Shown: positions 46,039 through 53,205 of the stretch, piece after piece
How positions within the stretch are numbered: the stretch's first letter is position 1
Layout: each line of letters opens with the position of its first letter
NCBI GenBank assembly: GCA_002104905.1
Contig: MCFE01000609.1
Location: 1 to 53,205, forward strand
DNA: 53,205 nucleotides
Direction: 5' to 3'
Origin: Basidiobolus meristosporus CBS 931.73
Taxonomy: Eukaryota > Fungi > Basidiobolomycota
Notes under the pieces: model-generated
Databases searched by the model: none
The model's input: the letters and a program-made list of their open reading frames with translations, nothing else
Told to the model about the DNA's origin: nothing
Translations under genes and position numbers: made by a program

Positions 46039-47858
46039 TTAGTTTCCATGATTGATTTTTTCATTCAAGGAAATAATCGCACTGTAGGTACCAAATCCAC
46101 AACTCATGAAGCCGATGAAAACAATTAAAAGTTCCGTTAACTTCGTAGACAAATTTGACGGCCCACCAAATAGTCGACGGTTAAACACTATTGGCAATAC
46201 CTATAGTCAATCGTTAGTTCAATGCTACATTGCATCCGTTGGAGGTGTGTGCGCTTACAAATATCAACATGGAGTTAGAGATTGCTCCTAGAAGGGTAAT
46301 CACCTCAGCGAAGTATGGCAAGATAACCGCAACTAAAGCTGAGGATGACAGTAGTATGGTGCGAAATGCGACCCTGCTCAAAAGTTCTTGTCCCCCGGAC
46401 ATGTGGATGCGATCAATCTTCATGAGATGCTCAACCTAACGGGGGGTCAGTACGGATCTAATTACAACGTACAGAAAGGGAATTACCTCCAATGCCAGCG
46501 AAGCTAATAGAATTGGGTTTGTGAGGAGTACGTGTGCAGTGATAACGACAATGGCGAAAGTCAAACAATAGCCTGGATTGTATAGGCGTTAGAAAGTGAA
46601 TTCTAGAATTGTTTAAGTATTCAGGATTCTCATCTACCGTCTGGCAAAGTCTTCAGGATGGGGGACTCGACCTTGTCCCCGTACACGTAATAGCCAACAA
46701 ACGCGGTCACAAAATACATCAAGAAGACTGTGATAAGGGCTTTCTTCAAAACTTTAGGCCAGTCCTTTCTATTGCTCATGCTGTGTTCTACATGAGGGAA
46801 AACGCTGTTGCCACCAAATGAAAAGCCAACCGATGCCAGAACCGAAGGGAAAGCCAGATAATTGAAGTATTCGTGCTTTACATCCGTAACGTTGTGCAGA
46901 TCAGTGAAACCCGTAACAAGCACAATGAAAACCATAATTACGGTAGCAAAAGCTCCAAAAAAGCTAAGGAACAAAGTCAATATGCTACTGTCAATATTGC
47001 TGGTCATGAATCCTCACCTTAAGATAGCTACCTCCTTCAGTGTTTTCATGAAGACGAAGGGTGGCCAAATCATTAGTGTACAGATTACAATCCTTTAACA
47101 GAGTGATTGAGTATCAAGGTATATACAGAATGGTGAGAAAAATATGTTTCTTCCATACCAGTGCGCTCCGGTGATTTGAGGCAGAACATCCTTGAAGAGC
47201 TGGCGGAAATTGGCAGAAGCAAGGATGAAAAACAGCGCAGAGGATCCAAACATCATCGTAGCAGTAAAGAAGTTCACCAACAGGCGGCCGCACTTTCCGA
47301 ACGCCACATGACCGACCTCGGCCAGACTGTTCAGACGTTTTCTATGAAAACTTAGAATTAGATAACCGTTCTTGATTTTTTACTCTACACAACGTTCAAG
47401 AAGCTTACCCGTCAACGTATAGGCATTTGATCAGTAAAATGCCACTATAGTAGGCAATGCAGGAACACAGGGCAATGCTTCCCAATCCGATCCACCCTCC
47501 CTGTCTTAGACAAAACGGTAGCTGGAGGTGCGATGAAGTTAAGGCGAAATATGTGTGGAAAATTGACCAAAATATTTGACGAAATAGTATAAAGGATATG
47601 ACACCAGAACCAGCCATAATGCATCTGTATAGTGGAGAAAAATTAGCAGGGAGTAGAATCACACGGAGCATGAAATACATACACTAAGTTGAAATAGGCT
47701 CCCCAACTGGACCCATGATGACCCTCGTCAAACAGCTCAAGCTCACCCTCCACCTGATCTACTTTATCATCTGGAGAAGAGGTTAGGGCTGCCTGTGTGC
47801 AATTTCAAACAACGATCATACCAATGCTGCTCACCGCACCATACGTCCTTCGGGGCAT
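46039..47858 (-). CDS. AAAP/Avt-family amino acid transporter, multi-exon
   Basis: Spliced product MPRRTYGAV...GSSWGAYFNLVCIMAGSGVLQLPFCLRQGGWIG...LLIKCLY...VAFGKCG...FSFGGNSVFPHVEHSM...YYVYGDKVESPIL...LPYFAEVITLLGA. Short GT-AG introns plus one AT-AC intron. Confidence 0.93.
47528..47599 (-). other. U12-type (minor spliceosome) AT-AC intron, 72 nt
   Basis: 5' site ATATCCTTT (47599-47591), branch CCTTAAC (47544-47538), 3' end AC. Removal restores GSGVLQLP. Confidence 0.9.
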
Positions 47859-49871
47859 TTCAGATTTTAGATATTGCTTGTCGGAAAGATTTGAATCAGG
47901 CCAGGTCATAGTAGATGCTCAAACGGTGAGAATTATTTCGAGGGTAAAATAGTTTAACAGAATGCTGAAGAGCCAAGATTTATAGGGTTTCTCCTCTAGA
48001 CTGAAACGTGACGTCTGGAGCAAAGAAAAGTATTCTAAAGGGGGTGTAACTACGAACTGCAAATAATGAAAATCTTGATCGAAGAAGCCCGCGTATTTAT
48101 AGTCCGGAACGAAGGAATGTTTATGAGCCTTGGTATTGGTTGTCCCATCGCATGACATGGTGTTGGAATCTCAATAATGAATATGGCACAATCATATCCA
48201 AATCATTTCATTGCACTCGGTGTGCATCTACAACTATCTGATTCTATAATTGTTTATATCAATCTCCAAGGGTATTCTTGGTTTACAATCATTTGTCTTT
48301 GATGACTCGTAGAATATCAGGAACAAGTCAAAGTGATAAGAGTAGCACAGCATAAATCTATAAAGCTTGGTACTAAATCACGCAATGGCTCACGGGAAAA
48401 GATTCATATCTGTAACACTCCTGACTGCGTGACAACATTCATATCGAGTTTCCATTTTTGAAATGAAGGGATTCTACATTTGGAATTGCCAGAGCCACAG
48501 CACGTTTGCCGTAGGGGTACGAAGCCGCTATTGGAGATGTACCTTGATTCTGGAATACCTATAGTAGCCTAGTATATAGATCAGTCATCGCTGGCCTTAT
48601 CATATGATGACATCGCGGTAGTCATGGGTGGCAGTAAGACCTATGCATCGGACGAGATTGGCTTAGAAATAGATCTAATATTACACCGCACCCAATGGAA
48701 GTGACCCAGGCAGCCAATTTTTAGCTGATCACACGACTGATAATTGTTCATGTTGCCATATTCATTCAGATGGATATAGATCGTCGAGCTTTGCGATTGC
48801 TATGGCACATGTTGATAGTAGTCGAGTGCTTCGAATGATCCCATGGCTCCTTGGCCTACGAAAGCATCGATGTACGCAATGAGCGATTGAGCGGAAAGTC
48901 CAAGTTGATTGGTGTGTGGCTGCACTTGTTTGGATTTGCTCCGATACTGCATGAATGAGCTCTAGTAGCTGGGAAATTTAACGACTGAGAAAGTCAGGAG
49001 GAAAACAAACCGCTTTCGTCATTGCTTCAGCGCTCATATCAACTACACTCAACGTGTGAGCAGCCTCGGGATGTTGGAGCATACTGAATGGTGACACAGC
49101 CTAAGGAAGGCGCCATTTTAGAAGCTTTTAGATCAAGGTTTCATCTATAGCCCTGGCTCCTTATTGGTCATGGGGTCATTTACAATGGCTTATTAATATG
49201 TCATTCACATACCTAATCCTGGCGGGATCGTTGTATTGAGTTGTATGTATCGTCTCTGTATGCATGGTTTCCCTTCATCAGGGGGACCACCACTGATCTT
49301 GGAGAAAGATCTGACAGCGAGCTTGTAATTCTTCGGGCATGAACATACGAAGATAGGGGTGTTTGGGGTCAATTTAGGACTACACGCAGGTGCATGTTCA
49401 TGGTAGACACTGCTCCGGCTATGCCGTTTCACAAAACAATCTATAGCCTAGTCATGGAGTGCTTCCAGTAGAGCGGACAGCAAGTCCACATTTCGGGCTC
49501 TAAAGGAGCAGCGGTGAGTGTGCTGTACGCCACAGAGACCCTCATGGCTAAGGCAAATCAATGGCATCCCAGTGAAACTCTAGCAACTGGCTAGCTAATG
49601 AATGCACCATGCAATCATTTTATATATGCGATCGGGTCACCAAACAAATGTGGTTGTTGGGCTTTAATTATCTTAAAGCTACCATTGAACCAATCAACAC
49701 AGCTTCACCTCATATTTCCATTTATGGCCTTGTGAGCTATTAATCATCTGCGTGATCTGATGCAGGAGAAGCATCGCAATGACTATGATTTACTGACATA
49801 TTTCGTGGTTTAACAAATATTCCCAAAATTGACACCATCTTTATCCAATGACTAGTCACCCGGAACAGCAT

Positions 49872-51612
49872 TCAAGCTGGTAGAGGATGGCTAGGATACT
49901 TGCTGGCTATGCCATCTGTCTCTGGCTTTTGGGAAGGGTTTGGATCAGATGCTTCCCCCAGAGTTAGTATCAAGAAAAACACGCCAAACAGTTGGAAGCC
50001 TGCCAGTTTGTAGGCGATCATATTCGCTACGTAACCCACCACGGTGGCTGTCAGTGTGGAGGCTAACAGTATCGCTGTGAGCATCAGCAGTATCCAGCCA
50101 GGGATTGTGGCAAAGGCCAATATTGTTAACTAGAAGCATGTAGAGGAATCATTAGCTGACTAGAAACATGATGCAGTTCCTCGCTCAGTACCTTACGCAT
50201 GCCCAGCCGCGAGCGCTCAGAAAGTTCCATGGTCGTGAGGTTTTTCAAAAAGCTACATCCATAGTAGCCTAGTAAAATGGCGTTCAGGAAGAATAGTATT
50301 GGCACCTCCTTTGTCATCATTATGACGGCTATTTTGTAGACCACCTCTATCCTACTGCTTACGCCCAAGATCAGTAGAAATATTACTATCGTGAAGTTAG
50401 CCATGCTGAAATATGATAGAATGTAGAAAGGCCTCAAGTTGCTGGAACGGTTGTGAATTGCTAGGACCACTCTTCCCCTAGGAAAGCCATTGAGTTTGGT
50501 GACCCACTGGTGACTAAAGGGAGTTTCTAACTTACCAAGTGAGTAGCAGACCACCATACGCTAGGTAGCCTACCAACCATGATATGTAAATAGAGACCTG
50601 GCCCAGAGCTCCATTTACACTATTGGTGTCTACACATATCCCAACTAGAATAGAAGGTTAGCTTTACCACAGGAAGTCTAGCCTGTACACAAAATGTGTG
50701 CACATACTTAGAAGGTATACAAAAGAGGCAACGTATATCCCAACCCTAATATCCAAAATCATTCGATGGATGCAGTAAAACTGGTAGAGGCGATACACAA
50801 TGTATCCTAGGAACAAAATGGACTGATACAAATCAACTATGTTGGCCCATCGCTTGTTAGCAACTTCCGAGCACTTACGAAAGAGAAGTACAGCCATTGC
50901 ATCGCCACACATGCCTTAGATTTCAAAAGGTAATTCCAAGGGCCTGGGTCTAAATGCCGCATCAAGGTGTTATTGATAATACTTTATCAGCTAGGTTCCA
51001 GAAACTCACCTTCCAAAACTTGCACGGTAGGATTTATAGATGTGCGAAGCATAGCCTTGAAAAGGATTCCATGATCCTTAGCTATCAGTGACAATTGTAT
51101 ATTGTCTGGCTTATTCGTGAAGTAATAACCATAACTTTCATGATACAGATTTCCAAATGCAAAATTGCTCTCCAGAGATGAGGTGAAGATCGCAGCCTTA
51201 AGTGGTGGGTAGCCGAGTTGCTGTAATGCCTGCGAGTAAGATACCAGCTGTGATACGATCTAGATTTGCGAAATTTTCAGTACGAAGTATTGACCATCTA
51301 ATTATAGTGAGGTACCTGCGCAAACTCATAGCATCCCTTCACCATAGCTTCAGACCAATCAACCAGGATGCTTGAGCCATCGATATTGCGGTCAGTCACC
51401 AAAGTATTATTTATAGGATCAGAAGAAAGGTGGCAACCTTCAGATAATTTCGCCGGGAGAAGGACCAATGTTAAGTTATAGTATTTAGGAGCGTCTTGGT
51501 AGAAGTCATAACTAGGGAAATAGCTTTGGGCTCCCGGTGAGGGAGTGACGATTTGAATTGTAGCGAAAGTATTGAATATCAATGTGTGTATCAGAAATAA
51601 TTTCAAGAGCAT
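49872..51612 (-). CDS. Signal peptide + extracellular domain + about 7 TM receptor-like protein, multi-exon
   Basis: N-terminal MLLKLFLIHTLIFNTFA signal, about 200-aa ectodomain ending EDPGPWNYLL, then hydrophobic exons at about 50700-50830, 50550-50630, 50200-50480 and 49872-50140 joined by short GT-AG introns. One junction near 50840-50880 is ambiguous. Confidence 0.75.
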
Positions 51613-52999
51613 ATTCAGATAAAGAGTATGATGCTTGAGAGAAGTGACGGGGGCAGTTCCATAGAAGAAAACACCTTCTGCTGTTAAAGCTTTAAAAAAG
51701 TTCTAACGGCTGTCAAACACATTGCATGCCTTACTTATAGCATCTTCCAGAGTGGAGTAAACTAAAATGACTTGCATATATATATCCTCAAGTTAACCCC
51801 TCACTGATCGAGCCGCTTTTAAGCTAATTGCTAACCTACTCCTATACCCAGGAGTCCTATTAGACGATTCTATTGCTATTTATAAATAAATAATATTGGA
51901 GGAAAAAACAACATTATGCCTTATTTGTTAACACTGGAGACCATCTCTTTTGGATTAATGAGTAGGTTACAAATACATTAAATGTGTGTATAAAGTAGAG
52001 GGGGAGGGGATAACCAGTAAATGGAGTGATGTGAAATCGGTTTGAGTGTTCAGTCCCTATTATAAAATCTTCCCAAGTATTTCATACATGGAGATTCTGT
52101 AAATACTTCTTAGAAGCCGGATTGTGATAGTACCCCTAAAATTGATTTCAAAACTTGGGCTAGGGAAAGAAAGTCACCAGGTGGCAAAATCTGGATTTAC
52201 CTAGGACAAATATCTAAAGAAGCCAAGTTAATCTGATGTTGTTCCTAAAAAATTGGCTCTGAGAGACATTTTCCTGGAAAGCTAGGTCTCAGAGTTGGGA
52301 AGCTGAGTAGTACTGTGTTTCCTAGTCAGCTACATGTGAGTGAGGTTTCCAGGAAAATAAGGCCCAAGTGGGAATATAAGTATATATGAAGTGAGTTATA
52401 CTAACTTGTGTTGGCTGATTGGTGGTTGGAATGGCCAGCAGATGGCAGGGGGCTAAGAAGAATTTCTGGGTATTCACCAACAGGGGGTACAGAAATGTTA
52501 GGGGTAACTGTTTGGCTGAGTGTCCTTGGTTTAAGGGGATGTCAATTTCCAACATGTGAAGGCTCAAACAGAGCAAGCAGTACCAAATGAGAACTCTCAA
52601 ATCTGGAATTTGTCAGATAATGCACTGGTAGTATGCTGGTATTCTTACAGTGCTTTATTAGCATTAAGCTTGTGATTTTTCCTTAATTTTATGTTATCAT
52701 TCTTCATGGAGGTAGTTAGTAGCAGAGAACAAGATTTTGTACAAGTCCTATTTGGCCTGATCTCCTCCCAGAACTTATCTTGGTTTGCCTGCCTAATTGC
52801 CAGTACCTCAGGGTAAGGGCCTGGCAGGTTCACAATCACCAACATGTGATTTCTATAATGAAATAAACCACAACTTATGGTCAATGGGGTGTCAGTCATC
52901 AATAGGAAAAGTATTTATCTCAGCAACACAAAGTAAATATGTTTGGCAATACATTGGTAAACATTAAAAGTGAATAATGCAAAAGAGCATTTGGTAAAT

Positions 53000-53205
53000 T
53001 TAGGGTTAGGGTTAGGGTTAGGGTTAGGGTTAGGGTTAGGGTTAGGGTTAGGGTTAGGGTTAGGGTTAGGGTTAGGGTTAGGGTTAGGGTTAGGGTTAGG
53101 GTTAGGGTTAGGGTTAGGGTTAGGGTTAGGGTTAGGGTTAGGGTTAGGGTTAGGGTTAGGGTTAGGGTTAGGGTTAGGGTTAGGGTTAGGGTTAGGGTTA
53201 GGGTT
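53000..53205 (+). repeat. Telomeric (TTAGGG)n array
   Basis: 34 perfect TTAGGG units plus TT running to the end of the window, G-rich strand pointing outward. Confidence 0.99.

Noticed and set aside
52645-52902. LLMTD...TCW*L hints at a MULE transposase
   Set aside because: The motifs are in different frames and too weak. Only CpG depletion supports a TE origin.

Overview
Right-hand chromosome end of a eukaryote, most likely an early-diverging fungus (inferred from Zn2Cys6 TF, 50-70 nt introns, a U12-type intron and a TTAGGG telomere). The window alternates between CpG-depleted transposon graveyards (about 1-19500, 34100-39200, 51800-53000) and CpG-rich gene blocks. The graveyards hold Ty3/Gypsy and CACTA/EnSpm remnants, three Ty1/Copia-type elements and about 11 related 350-bp LTR copies, several with target-site duplications (TSDs) and nesting, plus a 1.26-kb TGT...ACA element with 22-bp TIRs and a 5-bp TSD. 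The gene blocks encode a Zn2Cys6 TF, four divergent intron-matched paralogues of a small 4-TM Cys-rich protein (largely missed by the ORF track), two 7TM receptor-like proteins, two intronless alpha-arrestins and an AAAP amino-acid transporter. The transporter contains a 72-nt in-frame AT-AC minor-spliceosome intron. The window ends in 34 TTAGGG repeats. All gene models and alignments were made by eye; fragment boundaries are approximate unless a TSD or splice site is quoted.
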